The notes: a model not told the origin generated them from the letters alone. DNA of 64,000 bases from Spirochaetaceae bacterium (GCA_015493635.1 WGCU01000077.1:23153-87152); one strand, 5' to 3'; numbered from the stretch's first letter, positions 49,212 through 60,754 are shown. A program made the numbers and translations.

Positions 49212-50455
49212 AGATAATGGTTCTCGGCAGCGGGGGGAGGGAGCATGCCCTTACCTGCGCCTTTTTAAAGAACAGAGATGTTGAAAAGATCTACTGCGTT
49301 CCGGGAAACGGAGGGACTGAGGATCTGGAGAAGTGTGAAAACGTAAACCTGAAGACAATCGACGGGATAGTCCGCTTTTGCCGGGAAAAGGGGATCGATC
49401 TTGCCATGCCCGGCTCCGAGGCTGCCCTTGTGAAAGGGATAGTGGACAGGTTGACTGAGGCAGGCATAAAAGCATTCGGACCGGACAGAAAAGCGGCCAT
49501 GCTTGAGGGAAGCAAGGCCTTTGCCAAGGATTTTATGAATAAGTACGGCGTCAGGACAGCAGGATACAGAAGCTTCAGCTCCTACAAAGACGCTCTCGGC
49601 TATCTTTCGGAATGTCCCTTCCCTGCAGTAATCAAGGCAGACGGCCTGGCAGCGGGGAAAGGGGTAATCATCTGCAGGAGAAGAGAAGAGGCGGAGGATG
49701 CTCTCAAGCTGATAATGGTTGACAAACACTTCGGCAGTTCCGGAGACAGGGTTGTTATAGAGGAGTTTCTCGAAGGCTTCGAGGCCTCGATCCACTGCTT
49801 TTTCGACGGCAAGACATTTCTGCCCCTTCTGTCGGCAAAGGACCACAAGAAGATAGGAGAGGGAGAGAGGGGCCCGAATACCGGTGGGATGGGGGTTGCT
49901 GCTCCTAATCCCGGGATGACAGATGAGCTCTGGGAGGACTTCAACAAAAATATCCTGGCCCCGACAAAAGAGGGGCTGCTGTCCGAAGGTTTGACCTTTC
50001 AGGGGGTTATCTTCTTCGGAGTTCTCGTTCAGAACGGCAGGTGCTATCTTCTGGAGTACAACATGAGGATGGGAGATCCCGAAACACAGGGGATGCTCTC
50101 CCTGCTGGATTCCGACTTTACAACCCTTGTTACCGGCACCCTCTCGGGGAAACTGGAAAATACCGAACTGAAGTGGAAAGAGGGTTGTGCTTGCTGCGTA
50201 GTTCTGGCATCTGAAGGATACCCCGGCACCTACCGGACAGGATACGAAATAAAAGGGATCACTCCGGATATATCATCCAACATATATATGGCGGGGGTAC
50301 AGAAAAAAGAGGGTCTCCCGGTAACCTCCGGCGGACGCGTTTTGAGCGTTACCGCCGTTGGATCAAACCTTGAAGAGGCCAGATCCCTCTGCTACCGGGA
50401 TGTCGAAAAAATCTCCTTTAAGGGGAAGACATTCAGAAAAGATATCGGCCTTTAA
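49208..50455 (+). CDS. purD: GAR synthetase
   Basis: GSGGREHA, LEGSKAFAK, KADGLAAGKGV, GPNTGGMG, RMGDPE. Confidence 0.97.
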   Translation: MKIMVLGSGGREHALTCAFLKNRDVEKIYCVPGNGGTEDLEKCENVNLKTIDGIVRFCREKGIDLAMPGSEAALVKGIVDRLTEAGIKAFGPDRKAAMLEGSKAFAKDFMNKYGVRTAGYRSFSSYKDALGYLSECPFPAVIKADGLAAGKGVIICRRREEAEDALKLIMVDKHFGSSGDRVVIEEFLEGFEASIHCFFDGKTFLPLLSAKDHKKIGEGERGPNTGGMGVAAPNPGMTDELWEDFNKNILAPTKEGLLSEGLTFQGVIFFGVLVQNGRCYLLEYNMRMGDPETQGMLSLLDSDFTTLVTGTLSGKLENTELKWKEGCACCVVLASEGYPGTYRTGYEIKGITPDISSNIYMAGVQKKEGLPVTSGGRVLSVTAVGSNLEEARSLCYRDVEKISFKGKTFRKDIGL

Positions 50456-50464
50456 TCAAAGCTC

Positions 50465-53400
50465 CTACAGGGGCTTTACGTTTATCTCCCCTTTTTTCAG
50501 GAACCCGATCCCTTCCACCGCCGCCCACGCTGCGGTGGTTGTTGTCGTATAGGGGATACTCCTTTTAAGAGCCTCTATACGGATGTCGTGGTCCCCCTTC
50601 TTGGCATATCCGCCCAGGGGGGTATTTATTAAAAGATCTATCCTGCCGCTTCTCAAATGGTCCACAACATTGGGGTTTCCTTCGTGGGTCTTCAGAATTA
50701 CCTCGGCAAAGATCCCGTTGTCGTAGAGGAACTGGGCGGTTCCTCTCGTCGCCGCAATTTCGAATCCCATATCCGCCAGTTTCTGAGCCGTCGGAAGGAT
50801 TGTCTCCCTGTCCTTGTCATGAACCGATATAAATACTCTGCCCTTTACGGGAAGGCTGTTCCCCACAGCTATCTGAGCTTTTGCGTAAGCCTCTGCAAAA
50901 GACTCTCCCATTCCTATTACCTCACCGGTGGACTTCATCTCCGGCCCCAGAAGGGGATCGATGTCGTTAAAACGGTCAAATGGGAACACGGCCTCTTTTA
51001 CTGCCCATCCGGTTTTACAGCTTCCCGAACCTGTTCCGCCGGATGTAAGCTCCTGGCTTTCCAGATCCTTACCGAGCCATACATTTACCGCCGCCTTTAC
51101 AAGATCAACTCCGCTTGCCTTCGAGAGAAAAGGAACGGTCCTGGATGCCCTGGGGTTCACCTCCAGAACGTACAACAGGTTGTCCTTTACGGCAAACTGT
51201 ATGTTGAGAAACCCCTTGACCTCCAGCTTCCGTGCAATCCTGACCGTTGCACTCTTCATCTCCTTCAGAATCTCCGGTGTCGATTTGAAGGGCGGGAAAA
51301 CACAGGCCGAGTCGCCGGAATGGATCCCCGCAGCTTCGATGTGCTGCATGATCCCCGCTATATAGACGTTCTTTCCGTCGCATACGGCATCGAGGTCGTA
51401 CTCAAAGGCATCTTCCAGAAACTGATCCACAAGAAGAGGAGATTCTTCGGAAAGCTGGACCCCGCTTTCAAGATAATCCAGAAGCTCCTCCCTGTTGTAG
51501 GCAATGTACATGCTCTTTCCGCCCAGAACGAAGGAAGGACGGAGGAGTACCGGATATCCTATCTCCGCGGCCCTGTCAAGGATGTCTTTTCTGTTTCCGG
51601 CCATAAGCCCCTTAGGCTGCCGCAGGGACAGGGCATTGACCATATTCGAGAAAGCCTCTCTGTCTTCAACCCTTGTAATACTCTCTATGGAGGTACCGAC
51701 AATCTCTGCACCCCACTTTTTAAGATCCTCCGCCACGTTCAGCGAGGATTGCCCGCCGAGCTGAACGACAATCTTCTTAGTCCCCTCTTTCTCCATTATG
51801 GCCTTGATACTCTCGGAGGTGACAGACTCCATGTACAGCCTGTCGGAAACGTTGAAGTCAGTGGAAACGGTCTCGGGGTTGGAGTTGACCATTACAGTCT
51901 TTACCCCGTTGTCCCGGTAGTTAAGGGAAGCAAGGGTACAGCAGGTATCGAACTCGAGTCCCTGGCCTATCCGGTTGGGACCGCTTGCCGCTATTACAAC
52001 CGCGCTCTCACCCATCCCCTTTGCCTCGTCGGCCTCGCCGAAGGTGGAGTAGAAGTACGGGGTTTTTGCCGCGAACTCTCCGGCACAGGTATCCACAAAG
52101 TGGAAAGACGCCTTTATTCCATGCTCTTCCCTTAACCCCTGCACTGCAGCCTCACCGATTCCCGTAACGCCTGAGATCTGCCTGTCCGACATTCCCGCTC
52201 TCTTTGCTTCGAGAAGAAGATCTTTGCTAAAGTCTTTTTCATTACCCGAAAGGGCTTCCAGCTTTTTTTCAAGATCAACGAGTTCCAAAAGGTTGTAGAG
52301 AAACCAGTAATCGTATCCGGTTTTTCCATGCACATCCTCTACAGCTTTCTCCCCTTCCCTTTTGAGGATGGTATAGGCACCGAAAATTCTTAAGGGATGA
52401 CGGGTGGAAACGATCTTCTCCAGAGCATCGCCTTCCTGATCCAGCGCCCCCAGCCCCTCGAACCCTGCTTCACAGGAACGGATTGCCTTGTTAAGGGCCT
52501 CGTTAAAGGTCCGCCCCAGAGCAAGGGATTCTCCCACAGATTTCATCTGTGTATTGAGCTCGGTATAGCCTCCGGCAAACTTTTCGATCTCAAACCTCGG
52601 CACCTTTACTGCACAGTAATCCAGGGTGGGCTCAAAACTCGAGACCGTTACTCCGGTTATGTCGTTCAGAATCTCATCCAGGGTGTATCCCACCGAAAGC
52701 CGGGCGGAACAAAGAGCGATGGGAAACCCCGTAGCCTTACTCGCCAGAGCCGAAGAGCGGGAAACACGGGGGTTCATCTCTATTATAACCCTCTTCCCGG
52801 TTTCAGGATGAACTGCAAACTGAACATTTGCCCCTCCGCAGTCAATTCCCACGGCTCTAAGCACCTTTATGGAGGCATCCCTCATTTCCTGATACTCGGT
52901 ATCCGAAAGGGTCTGGATGGGGGCTACGGTAATACTGTCTCCGGTATGAATTCCCATGGGATCCACGTTCTCTATGGAGCAGACAACAACGGCGTTATCC
53001 GCATGATCCCTCATAACCTCCATCTCGAACTCCTTCCATCCCAGAAGGGATTCCTCTATAAGCACCTCGTGTACGGGGCTGTCAAACAGCGCCTTTTTTA
53101 CCAGAGTTTCAAACTCCTCTTCACTCCTCGCTATGCTTCCCCCCTTGCCGCCCAGGGTAAAGCTTGGCCGGATAACCACCGGCAGTCCCCTCTTTTCCTT
53201 GAAGGCACAGGCCTCTTCGAAGGACCCGACGAGGATCGACTCGGGGCTCTTTTCCCCTATCTTTTCCACTACATCTTTAAAGCTTCCTCTGTCCTCTCCG
53301 GCCATTATGGACTCTACCGAAGCGCCGAGGACCTCGACCCCGTACTTTTTCAGAATATCCTGCCGGTACAGATCCAGAGTAAGGTTAAGCCCCGTCTGCC

Positions 53401-53674
53401 CTCCCATGGTCGGAAGGATTGCATCGGGCCTTTCCTTTTCTATTATCGCCTCGAGATACGGAACCTCCAGCGGCTGGGTATAGATCCTGTCCGCCAGCCC
53501 CGGGGTTGTCATTACCGTTGCGGGGTTTGGATTTACCAGAATAACCGTGTACCCTTCCGCCTTGAGTGCTTTTACCGCCTGGGTTCCGGAGTAGTCGAAC
53601 TCGCAGGCCTGACCAATTACAATAGGTCCTGATCCTGGAATAAGAATCTTTTTTATGTCTTCTCTCTTCGGCAT
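50465..53674 (-). CDS. carB: Carbamoyl-phosphate synthase large chain
   Basis: [41 protein letters not shown], duplicated ATP-grasp, MGS domain. Confidence 0.97.
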   Translation of the reverse strand: MPKREDIKKILIPGSGPIVIGQACEFDYSGTQAVKALKAEGYTVILVNPNPATVMTTPGLADRIYTQPLEVPYLEAIIEKERPDAILPTMGGQTGLNLTLDLYRQDILKKYGVEVLGASVESIMAGEDRGSFKDVVEKIGEKSPESILVGSFEEACAFKEKRGLPVVIRPSFTLGGKGGSIARSEEEFETLVKKALFDSPVHEVLIEESLLGWKEFEMEVMRDHADNAVVVCSIENVDPMGIHTGDSITVAPIQTLSDTEYQEMRDASIKVLRAVGIDCGGANVQFAVHPETGKRVIIEMNPRVSRSSALASKATGFPIALCSARLSVGYTLDEILNDITGVTVSSFEPTLDYCAVKVPRFEIEKFAGGYTELNTQMKSVGESLALGRTFNEALNKAIRSCEAGFEGLGALDQEGDALEKIVSTRHPLRIFGAYTILKREGEKAVEDVHGKTGYDYWFLYNLLELVDLEKKLEALSGNEKDFSKDLLLEAKRAGMSDRQISGVTGIGEAAVQGLREEHGIKASFHFVDTCAGEFAAKTPYFYSTFGEADEAKGMGESAVVIAASGPNRIGQGLEFDTCCTLASLNYRDNGVKTVMVNSNPETVSTDFNVSDRLYMESVTSESIKAIMEKEGTKKIVVQLGGQSSLNVAEDLKKWGAEIVGTSIESITRVEDREAFSNMVNALSLRQPKGLMAGNRKDILDRAAEIGYPVLLRPSFVLGGKSMYIAYNREELLDYLESGVQLSEESPLLVDQFLEDAFEYDLDAVCDGKNVYIAGIMQHIEAAGIHSGDSACVFPPFKSTPEILKEMKSATVRIARKLEVKGFLNIQFAVKDNLLYVLEVNPRASRTVPFLSKASGVDLVKAAVNVWLGKDLESQELTSGGTGSGSCKTGWAVKEAVFPFDRFNDIDPLLGPEMKSTGEVIGMGESFAEAYAKAQIAVGNSLPVKGRVFISVHDKDRETILPTAQKLADMGFEIAATRGTAQFLYDNGIFAEVILKTHEGNPNVVDHLRSGRIDLLINTPLGGYAKKGDHDIRIEALKRSIPYTTTTTAAWAAVEGIGFLKKGEINVKPL

Positions 53675-54819
53675 TACTTGTTCTCCGTGTTTTTAATTAT
53701 CTCATCGAAAATCCAAAGGGAATCGTGAGGTCCCGGAGCTGCCTCCGGATGTAACTGAGTAGTGATTATGGAAAGCTTTTTATGCTTCAATCCCTCTACG
53801 GTATTGTCGTTGGAGTTTCTCATCCAGACCTCTACATCCTCAGGCAGAGTCTCTTCGTCGATCATAAACCCGTGGTTCTGGGATGTTATCAGAACCTTAT
53901 CATTCTCCATGTTCCGTACCGGGTGGTTTATTCCATGGTGCCCGAACTTCATCTTTACCGTTTTGGCTCCCAGGGCAAGTCCTATTATCTGATGTCCGAG
54001 ACAGATCCCCGAAAGAGGGATCTTTCCTGCAAGATCCTTTACCTGATCAATTATGTGGGTAAGCACCGCGGGATCTCCGGGGCCGTTTGAAACAAGAACC
54101 CCGTCACAGCCGGTTGCCGTAATCTCCCGGGAGGTAAATGTTGAAGGTACCACAGTAACCCTGCATCCTCTATCAAGAAGGCTGCGGACTATGTTCTCCT
54201 TTATTCCGCAGTCCACCACAACAATATGGGGAGAGCCCTTTGGATTATACCCGGCCTTCTCCGTTGTCCCGGTTTCGGAAACCAGATTGCATCCCTCCAT
54301 GGAGGGGCAGGTACTTAAGAACGAAAGGGTCTTCCGCTTTTCATCATCCGAAAGAACCGGAGAATCCCCCCGGGGTCTTACAATAACTCCGTTGCAGCTT
54401 CCCTCGTCCCTGAGCTTAAGGGTAAGGCTCCGGGTATCTACACCGGTGATACCGCTTACTCCGTTGTCCGAAAAATACTTGTCCAACGGCATTCTTCCCC
54501 CCGGAACAGGTCCTTTATACAGAGAACGGACTATCATGGCAGAGAGCCCCGGTTTACCGTCCATGGACTCCGCCCACTTTAAGTCTACCCCGTAGTTCCC
54601 TATATGGGGATAGGTCATAACAACCATCTGCCCGGTATAGGAGGGATCTGTGGCTATCTCCACGTACCCGCTCATTCCCGTATTGAATACAACTTCACCG
54701 AACGGGATCTGATGCTTAAGGCTCAGATCTTCCACTAAAGGGGGAATAGCCCCGAAGGCCTCCCCGGCATAAGCCGTGCCGTCCTCCAGCACAAGAAAAC
54801 ATGGTTTATTCATGCCCAT
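53674..54819 (-). CDS. carA: Carbamoyl-phosphate synthase small chain
   Basis: [42 protein letters not shown]. Confidence 0.97.
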   Translation of the reverse strand: MGMNKPCFLVLEDGTAYAGEAFGAIPPLVEDLSLKHQIPFGEVVFNTGMSGYVEIATDPSYTGQMVVMTYPHIGNYGVDLKWAESMDGKPGLSAMIVRSLYKGPVPGGRMPLDKYFSDNGVSGITGVDTRSLTLKLRDEGSCNGVIVRPRGDSPVLSDDEKRKTLSFLSTCPSMEGCNLVSETGTTEKAGYNPKGSPHIVVVDCGIKENIVRSLLDRGCRVTVVPSTFTSREITATGCDGVLVSNGPGDPAVLTHIIDQVKDLAGKIPLSGICLGHQIIGLALGAKTVKMKFGHHGINHPVRNMENDKVLITSQNHGFMIDEETLPEDVEVWMRNSNDNTVEGLKHKKLSIITTQLHPEAAPGPHDSLWIFDEIIKNTENK

Positions 54820-54891
54820 TACTATGAACTCTCCTGTAATTACTGTCAATATAAGAAGTTATGTAAAATTTTAATAGGTTTATCATTCAAT

Positions 54892-55953
54892 TTAATACTC
54901 CCCGTCCATACCCGCAAAGGGGTCGAAACCGTACTCATCGGCAGGGATCTTCACAGCCCCCGGATTCTTCTTAAAGGTATTCTTCTTAATTCCGAAGGCT
55001 TCTGTTATGTTGCTGAAGGTAAGATCTTCCAGGTCAGAATCCCCCAACCCTCTGCTTTTAAGAATCTCCATAAAAGTTCCGTAGAACTGGAGTACCGGAA
55101 TCCCTGAAAAGTTTTTAACCCTCTTTTCCTCCTCCGCATGGGGAGCATGGTCTGTCTCTATCCAGTCTATCCGGCCGTCCAGGAGAGCCTCAAACATCTC
55201 TTCCTGCATCCTCTTTTCCCTGAGAGGGGGATTTACCTTGAGAAGGATCCCGTCGGGGCCCTTCATGTCATCCACAGAGAGCAGCGCATGATGGGGAGTT
55301 ATTCCGCAGGTAACCCTGCAGGACAGCTTTTTCCGGCCATCCTCTATTACCTTCAGACTTTCCGGTACCGAGACGTGGCATATATGGAGAGTACCTTTGA
55401 ATCCTCTCTCCTGTGCCCACCTTATCTGATCCCTTACCGATTCAACCTCCGCTTCAGGCGGCCGGGCGGCAAGATGGGTTTCAGGCCTTTCGGGATCGAA
55501 CAAATCCGGCTTTTGAAGACTCTCCTTCTCGCAGTGAACCATAAGCACTCCGGTATAGTTCAGGGATGAGAGAATTTCAAAAACACTTCTCTGCCCGGCG
55601 GGCTCTGTAATTCCCATATTCCCTGTTGAGTGGCCGGCAAACATCTTCAAGCCAGCAACCGAGGGGAAGAGATCTTTCCATGCCTTTACTACCTCCGCTA
55701 TCTGTTCCGGATCAGGGGTAAGGCCTGCAAGAATCCCATGGAACAGAGGCAGGCCGAGTTTACTCAGGGCTTTTTCACCCTTCTCAAGCCTGGAGAGAAT
55801 AACATCTCTTGAAGTCAGAGGGGGATCGGTATTGGGCATCTCGAAAACACCGGAAAGCCCGCTTCTCCATGCAGTAAGAAAACCGTGCTCCATGGTCTCC
55901 TTGTGTTTCTGTGAAGTCCAGTCCCTTAGGTGGACATGGGGATCAATTCTCAT
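54892..55953 (-). CDS. pyrC: Dihydroorotase
   Basis: DPHVHLRD, EMPNT, HCE, TPHH, KVNPPLR, TDHAPH. Confidence 0.93.
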   Translation of the reverse strand: MRIDPHVHLRDWTSQKHKETMEHGFLTAWRSGLSGVFEMPNTDPPLTSRDVILSRLEKGEKALSKLGLPLFHGILAGLTPDPEQIAEVVKAWKDLFPSVAGLKMFAGHSTGNMGITEPAGQRSVFEILSSLNYTGVLMVHCEKESLQKPDLFDPERPETHLAARPPEAEVESVRDQIRWAQERGFKGTLHICHVSVPESLKVIEDGRKKLSCRVTCGITPHHALLSVDDMKGPDGILLKVNPPLREKRMQEEMFEALLDGRIDWIETDHAPHAEEEKRVKNFSGIPVLQFYGTFMEILKSRGLGDSDLEDLTFSNITEAFGIKKNTFKKNPGAVKIPADEYGFDPFAGMDGEY

Positions 55954-57652
55954 TCATCTCACTCCATTTAAACCAGGTTCCCTCTCTGCAGGTAAGATGC
56001 CCTCCGCACTCACACTCGCCGCAGAGGCCGACTCCGCACTTTGTGTGGGTCTCTATGGAAAGGAGAACATCATCGGCGCTTCCCCTTTCGGCGGTAAAGG
56101 CATAGGCAGCCTTCTCCATAAATGGCAGGGGCCCTATCGTATAAAGGGCGCAGCCTGCAGCGGAGATCCCGCCGTCAAAGGGAGAAGTATTCTCCCTCAG
56201 AGCTTCCATCATACGGTTTATAACCCTTCCCGCCTTTCCCCCGTCGGGAACTGCGGTGTAGCTGCCGAAGCCAAGGAAATCATCAGCCATCGCTTCCTGC
56301 CCCGGAGTACTCATTCCGTGAAAGGTATGAACACTCTTACCTTCGCCTGCAAACTTTTCAGCCAGCTTTAAAGCCGAGGCCAGTCCCGTTCCTCCCGCGG
56401 CGATCAGAACCGTTTCCTTGTCAGTCTCCGGAGCACTCTTACCGTACAGTCCCCTTACAAAGATCCTGTCCCCGGCCTCAAGCTCCATAACCCTGGATGT
56501 AAAAATCCCCTTCTTTTTAATAAGGAAGGTAAGAGGATCGCCGCTCATTATGGAAAAGGGTTTTTCTCCGGTTCCGGGAATCCAGAGGAAAGCGAACTGC
56601 CCTGCGTCGTACTTAATCTTTCCGTCAAGCTGAATAATCCTGACATCGCCGGGCAGATCCTTTATCTGCGTAACGGTATGGGGTTCGTACTTCATACCGC
56701 TGTCCGTTCTTTTCAGTCTTGAAGCACTGTCTCCCCCTTCGACAAGATCAGTCTTAAGGGATTTAAAGAAATCCTGCCAGTTCCAGGGTTCAACGGAGGC
56801 AAAGAGGGAGCCTATCCCCGCAACGTCTGCACCGGCGTTCATCATGTTCCTTACATCGTTTCCATTTTCGATTCCACCCATACCTATTATCGGGATATCC
56901 GGACCCAGGGCCTTCCGTATCTCCCCTACCTTCTCCAGGGCAGTCTCCTTTATCCACCTTCCGGACATCCCCCCCTTGTTGCCGCTGGCATTCAGCAGCA
57001 GGGGTGCTCCCGACACCGGTTCCGTATACAACCTGGGTCCCACAGTATTTATTGCAGTAATACCGTCCGCTCCTCCCTCTACCGCGGCAAGGGCTGTCTC
57101 CCCTATCGATTCCACGTTGGGAGTAAGCTTTGCAAAGACTAGGGCATCAGTCGACTTTCTTATCTCTATAAGGTAGGTATATACAACCTCCGGGTCCTTG
57201 CCTATGGCCATGCCGTATCCCCCGGTTGCATGGGGACAGGAGAGGTTCAGTTCGATTATGTCCGCAAGACCTTCAAAGTACTTTACCAGAGTTACAAACT
57301 CCTCCACACTGTTTCCTGATACCGAAACATTCAGGATTGAGCGCAGAGGCTTTTTTGAGATCATTTCCTCCAGCCCCTTCAGCCCCTCTTCCATTCCGGG
57401 GTTACGCAGACCTACCGCATTTCCGAAACTTCCCTCTTCGGGTTCTACAATAACCGGCTCGCGGTTACCCGGATTCGGCTTAACCTGAAAACTCTTGGTG
57501 GTTATAAGACCGATCTCCGGGATATCGTTATCCACCCTCCGGACCATTCCCGGGTTTGTCGTTACAACACCGGATACGGTGGCAAAAAAGGTGGAGCTGT
57601 TTACCGGATTATTGCCCTTTAAAAGTTCCAGAACTTTCTTCTTATCCATCAT
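55943..57652 (-). CDS. pyrD: Fused dihydroorotate dehydrogenase 1B catalytic subunit (PyrD) and electron-transfer subunit (PyrK)
   Basis: N-half: NAVGLRNPG, LNLSCPH, KLTPN, AINT, GGMSG. C-half: GQF, EKPFS, VRGLYG, AGGTG, KCGVGLCGEC...LTCREG. Confidence 0.9.
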   Translation of the reverse strand: MMDKKKVLELLKGNNPVNSSTFFATVSGVVTTNPGMVRRVDNDIPEIGLITTKSFQVKPNPGNREPVIVEPEEGSFGNAVGLRNPGMEEGLKGLEEMISKKPLRSILNVSVSGNSVEEFVTLVKYFEGLADIIELNLSCPHATGGYGMAIGKDPEVVYTYLIEIRKSTDALVFAKLTPNVESIGETALAAVEGGADGITAINTVGPRLYTEPVSGAPLLLNASGNKGGMSGRWIKETALEKVGEIRKALGPDIPIIGMGGIENGNDVRNMMNAGADVAGIGSLFASVEPWNWQDFFKSLKTDLVEGGDSASRLKRTDSGMKYEPHTVTQIKDLPGDVRIIQLDGKIKYDAGQFAFLWIPGTGEKPFSIMSGDPLTFLIKKKGIFTSRVMELEAGDRIFVRGLYGKSAPETDKETVLIAAGGTGLASALKLAEKFAGEGKSVHTFHGMSTPGQEAMADDFLGFGSYTAVPDGGKAGRVINRMMEALRENTSPFDGGISAAGCALYTIGPLPFMEKAAYAFTAERGSADDVLLSIETHTKCGVGLCGECECGGHLTCREGTWFKWSEMNEN

Positions 57653-58543
57653 CTACAGAAGACCTCCTGCCTCTTCGTTAAACCTGAGAAAGGCATCCAC
57701 ACATACTTCGTCCCAGTTCCGGGGCACCCCTTTCTTTTCTTTTACCCATGGATGAGTAATGGCACTCGAAACGTTTACCCGGATAAGGGGTGTCTCGTAC
57801 CGTACTTCTTTCATTATCCCCGCTACGTCGGAGAAACTCCCCCCCTGACTTCCCACTCCGGGGATGAGGAGAGGTATGTTTCTGCCTCCGAAAAGCAGGG
57901 CGAGATCCTTCAGTTCCTGTGGAGATGTGGCACCTGTTACGGCTCCGGTTCCGGGATACTTCCAGGCCCAGGAGATAATCTTTTCCCCAACCGCAGTAAA
58001 GAGCTTCTCTCCCCCTTTCGCAAGCCGCAGGTTCTGAAACTCCTTTCCGCCGGGATTAGATGTTCTGTCAAGAACATAGGCTCCGCCCCCCCGGCTTACA
58101 GCCTCTTTCAGGAAAGGCTCTACCGAATCGCTGCCCATGTAGGGCGACACAGTAACACTGTCGCATCCCCAGGAGACAAACCCCTCAAGGGCATAGTTTT
58201 CAGACGACCGGGCTATGTCGCCCCTTTTGTAATCCAGGATTACCGGGATATCCGGGAAGCTCTTCTCGATCAGGGAAAGTATCTTTGCCAGAGCAAGGGA
58301 ACCGGGGAACCTCCCCTGCCGGGGTCTGTCCAGACAGGAGAAGAAACCCAGATTGGGCTTGAATGCACCGGGCATTACGTTCTTCCTGATCAGTCCGGAA
58401 AGAATAGTTTCAAAAAAGGAGGTTATCCTCTCTTCCGTCTCCAACCCCTCACCGGGCAGGTAATCGGGTACAGGATCCAGTCCCATACAGAGAACACTTC
58501 CGCTTTTTTCTGCCGATACTTTCAGTTTATTTATGAAATCCAT
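57653..58543 (-). CDS. pyrF: Orotidine-5'-phosphate decarboxylase
   Basis: LCMGLDP, FKPN, LDYKRGDI, RTSNPG, VTGAT, PGVGSQGG. Confidence 0.95.
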   Translation of the reverse strand: MDFINKLKVSAEKSGSVLCMGLDPVPDYLPGEGLETEERITSFFETILSGLIRKNVMPGAFKPNLGFFSCLDRPRQGRFPGSLALAKILSLIEKSFPDIPVILDYKRGDIARSSENYALEGFVSWGCDSVTVSPYMGSDSVEPFLKEAVSRGGGAYVLDRTSNPGGKEFQNLRLAKGGEKLFTAVGEKIISWAWKYPGTGAVTGATSPQELKDLALLFGGRNIPLLIPGVGSQGGSFSDVAGIMKEVRYETPLIRVNVSSAITHPWVKEKKGVPRNWDEVCVDAFLRFNEEAGGLL

Positions 58544-59180
58544 TCTTCTCCCCCCATTCAAAGGGAGCCTTTCTCCACTCCCTCAAGCTTTCCAGATCTT
58601 TTTCCTCTATGTATCCGATTCTTTCAGCCTCCTGAATCAGCTCGTCGTAGGTAAAAATCGGAATTGTTCTGCAAACCGGGTCAAGGGATGCGAAGTTTTC
58701 GGACCCCTTATCAAGCCCGTAGTTGAATATGGAAAGGCAGTACTCTATATCCCCGTCAGCCTCTCTTATGGCTTTTACCGCCTCTATGGAGCTTCCCCCC
58801 GTCGAGACAAGGTCTTCTATAAGAACGACCTTTTTACCTTCGTACCCCTTGTCAGCAGGCAGCCCCTCGATCCTGTTCTTGAGTCCGTGAGCTTTAGGCT
58901 TACTCCGCACGTAGGTAAGGGGAAGATCAAGCTTGTCCGCCAGAGTTGTCGCATGGGGAATTCCCGCTGTGGAGGTCCCGGCAATGACGTCCGCTTCTAT
59001 ATGGTTTTCCTCCATTATGGAGATAAAGGCTTCTGCAATCATCGACCGGTATCTTTTCTCTTTAAGAAAGATCCTGTTGTCGTTGTACACCGGCATGTAG
59101 TATCCCGATGCCCAAAGGAAAGGCTCCTTCGTATTCAGCTTGAGAGCCTCTATATCAAGTATTGTCTTTATCAATTCCAA
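58527..59180 (-). CDS. pyrE: Orotate phosphoribosyltransferase
   Basis: PFLWASG...YNDNR, AGIP, YVRSKPKAHG, IEDLVSTGGS. Confidence 0.95.
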   Translation of the reverse strand: MELIKTILDIEALKLNTKEPFLWASGYYMPVYNDNRIFLKEKRYRSMIAEAFISIMEENHIEADVIAGTSTAGIPHATTLADKLDLPLTYVRSKPKAHGLKNRIEGLPADKGYEGKKVVLIEDLVSTGGSSIEAVKAIREADGDIEYCLSIFNYGLDKGSENFASLDPVCRTIPIFTYDELIQEAERIGYIEEKDLESLREWRKAPFEWGEKNGFHK

Positions 59181-60754
59181 ACCTCCCTGAAGGTATGTAC
59201 TTTTTCACAATAATCACACTTGAGGGTGTCTTCGGAAATCCTGGTAAACTCCGGCAGAACGTTCTCTTTGTGTGAAGGATGACTTATACAGTCCGGGTTT
59301 TTACAGCTCATGGATTCAAGGTTATAGACCCTCGGCGGCAGGCTGAGTCTCAGTTTTTTTACAATCTTGCCGTTTCCGATTACGTTCAGTGTGGCACCCG
59401 GGGCTATCGCCGCAAGCCTTTTTATGGTCGATTCATCCGGAGCCTCCGCTCCCGGCCGGAAGATAATTCCCTTCATTGTTCCGGGCTTCTCCTTGGAGGA
59501 TGATATCCACTCTCCCCCCTTACCAAAGAGCTTCATTACACGGATAATCCGCGACATATGCTCCCTTATCTCCTTCTCATCGTCTCCCCGGCATATATGA
59601 TCTATAACTATTCCGTTTGTTATAGGGTTGACCCCTTCGGAGTACCGCTTGGGAGTACGGCCGCTGCCGGCCTGAATTTCCTCTATAAACGGTTCCTCTT
59701 TTTCTTCCGGTTTTTCAAACTCCGCTTTAAAGTCATCTCCCAGTTTTCCCGAAACCAGACCGAGGAGAACAATCCTTACAAGCTTCCCGTTCATGGACTG
59801 CTCCTCCCATCCGTTAAGACTTGTGGAATCCAGAAAGGCCGGGATTGTGGGATGCTCTTTGTGCCGCGGGAGGGGATGGTAGAAGACCGTTCCTGATGGA
59901 ATCCTGTCCATATATTCCCGTTTAAAGGTTATCCTGGCCCTCAGGGAGTCGGCAATCTTCAGGATATCATCCCCCATTCTCTCCAGCTGAGGGCGGGTGA
60001 AGTACCATATACCTGCAATTTCTTTCTGCCCTAAATACTCCTCTATGGAACCGAAAACCCTAACCTTGTACCCCTTGGCCTCCATCTCTTTTTGGTAGTG
60101 ATCAGGCAAGGCCAGCTGAGGCGGAGCAACAAGATCAACGCTAACAGAATTAAAAACATTAAGCCCCTGTACTTTTGAATGTACAGTTCTGCCGTGAAAG
60201 AGGTCGCCTATCAAAGCTATGTGGATGGAAGACCGGTCCCCGTTCAGTTTTTCGAGAAAGGTAAACTCATCGAGAAGCTCCTGGGTGGGATGTTCATGCT
60301 TGCCGTCCCCGGCATTAATAAAAGAAGGCGGAACGTCCATACCGTTCCGCCCTGCAAATTCCCGTCCGTTTTTCTCAAGCCACCGGCACACGCCTTCCAG
60401 GCGGCTCCGTACTATAAAGACTGAATTGTCATAACCGGAAAGGGTATTGAAGGTATCGGCATAGCTTTCCTTTTTGTTTATTGACGAAGCGGATACGTCA
60501 AGATTACTCAGTTTAACCCTGTGAAACTCCGAAGCATTCTTGAAAGACTCCTTGGTCCTTGTACTGGACTCCAGGAACACCTCGTAAACACCGAAATCAC
60601 CGTTGTTGATACGGAAAGCTTCGAGCTTTTCCTTATTTTTCTCCTTAAGAAGTGCCTTCAACTCCCTTGTCTTTTCAAACAAGTACAGTCTCTCCTCCAA
60701 AGAGAAATCGGCTATTACCGTCAGCGACCGTCCCTTAAACCTGTTTTTTCCCAT
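59171..60754 (-). CDS. pyrB: Fused aspartate carbamoyltransferase catalytic and regulatory chains (PyrB-PyrI)
   Basis: ESSTRT, HPTQELLD, HPLPR; C-terminal GIVIDHI, CKNPDC, CDYC zinc site. Confidence 0.95.
   Translation of the reverse strand: MGKNRFKGRSLTVIADFSLEERLYLFEKTRELKALLKEKNKEKLEAFRINNGDFGVYEVFLESSTRTKESFKNASEFHRVKLSNLDVSASSINKKESYADTFNTLSGYDNSVFIVRSRLEGVCRWLEKNGREFAGRNGMDVPPSFINAGDGKHEHPTQELLDEFTFLEKLNGDRSSIHIALIGDLFHGRTVHSKVQGLNVFNSVSVDLVAPPQLALPDHYQKEMEAKGYKVRVFGSIEEYLGQKEIAGIWYFTRPQLERMGDDILKIADSLRARITFKREYMDRIPSGTVFYHPLPRHKEHPTIPAFLDSTSLNGWEEQSMNGKLVRIVLLGLVSGKLGDDFKAEFEKPEEKEEPFIEEIQAGSGRTPKRYSEGVNPITNGIVIDHICRGDDEKEIREHMSRIIRVMKLFGKGGEWISSSKEKPGTMKGIIFRPGAEAPDESTIKRLAAIAPGATLNVIGNGKIVKKLRLSLPPRVYNLESMSCKNPDCISHPSHKENVLPEFTRISEDTLKCDYCEKVHTFREVWN

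Noticed and set aside
50657-53632. Long plus-strand ORFs (492 aa and 411 aa)
   Set aside because: Antisense to carB; expected from codon bias in the GC-richer block.
57752-59213. Plus-strand ORFs of 300 aa and 226 aa
   Set aside because: Antisense to pyrF and pyrE.
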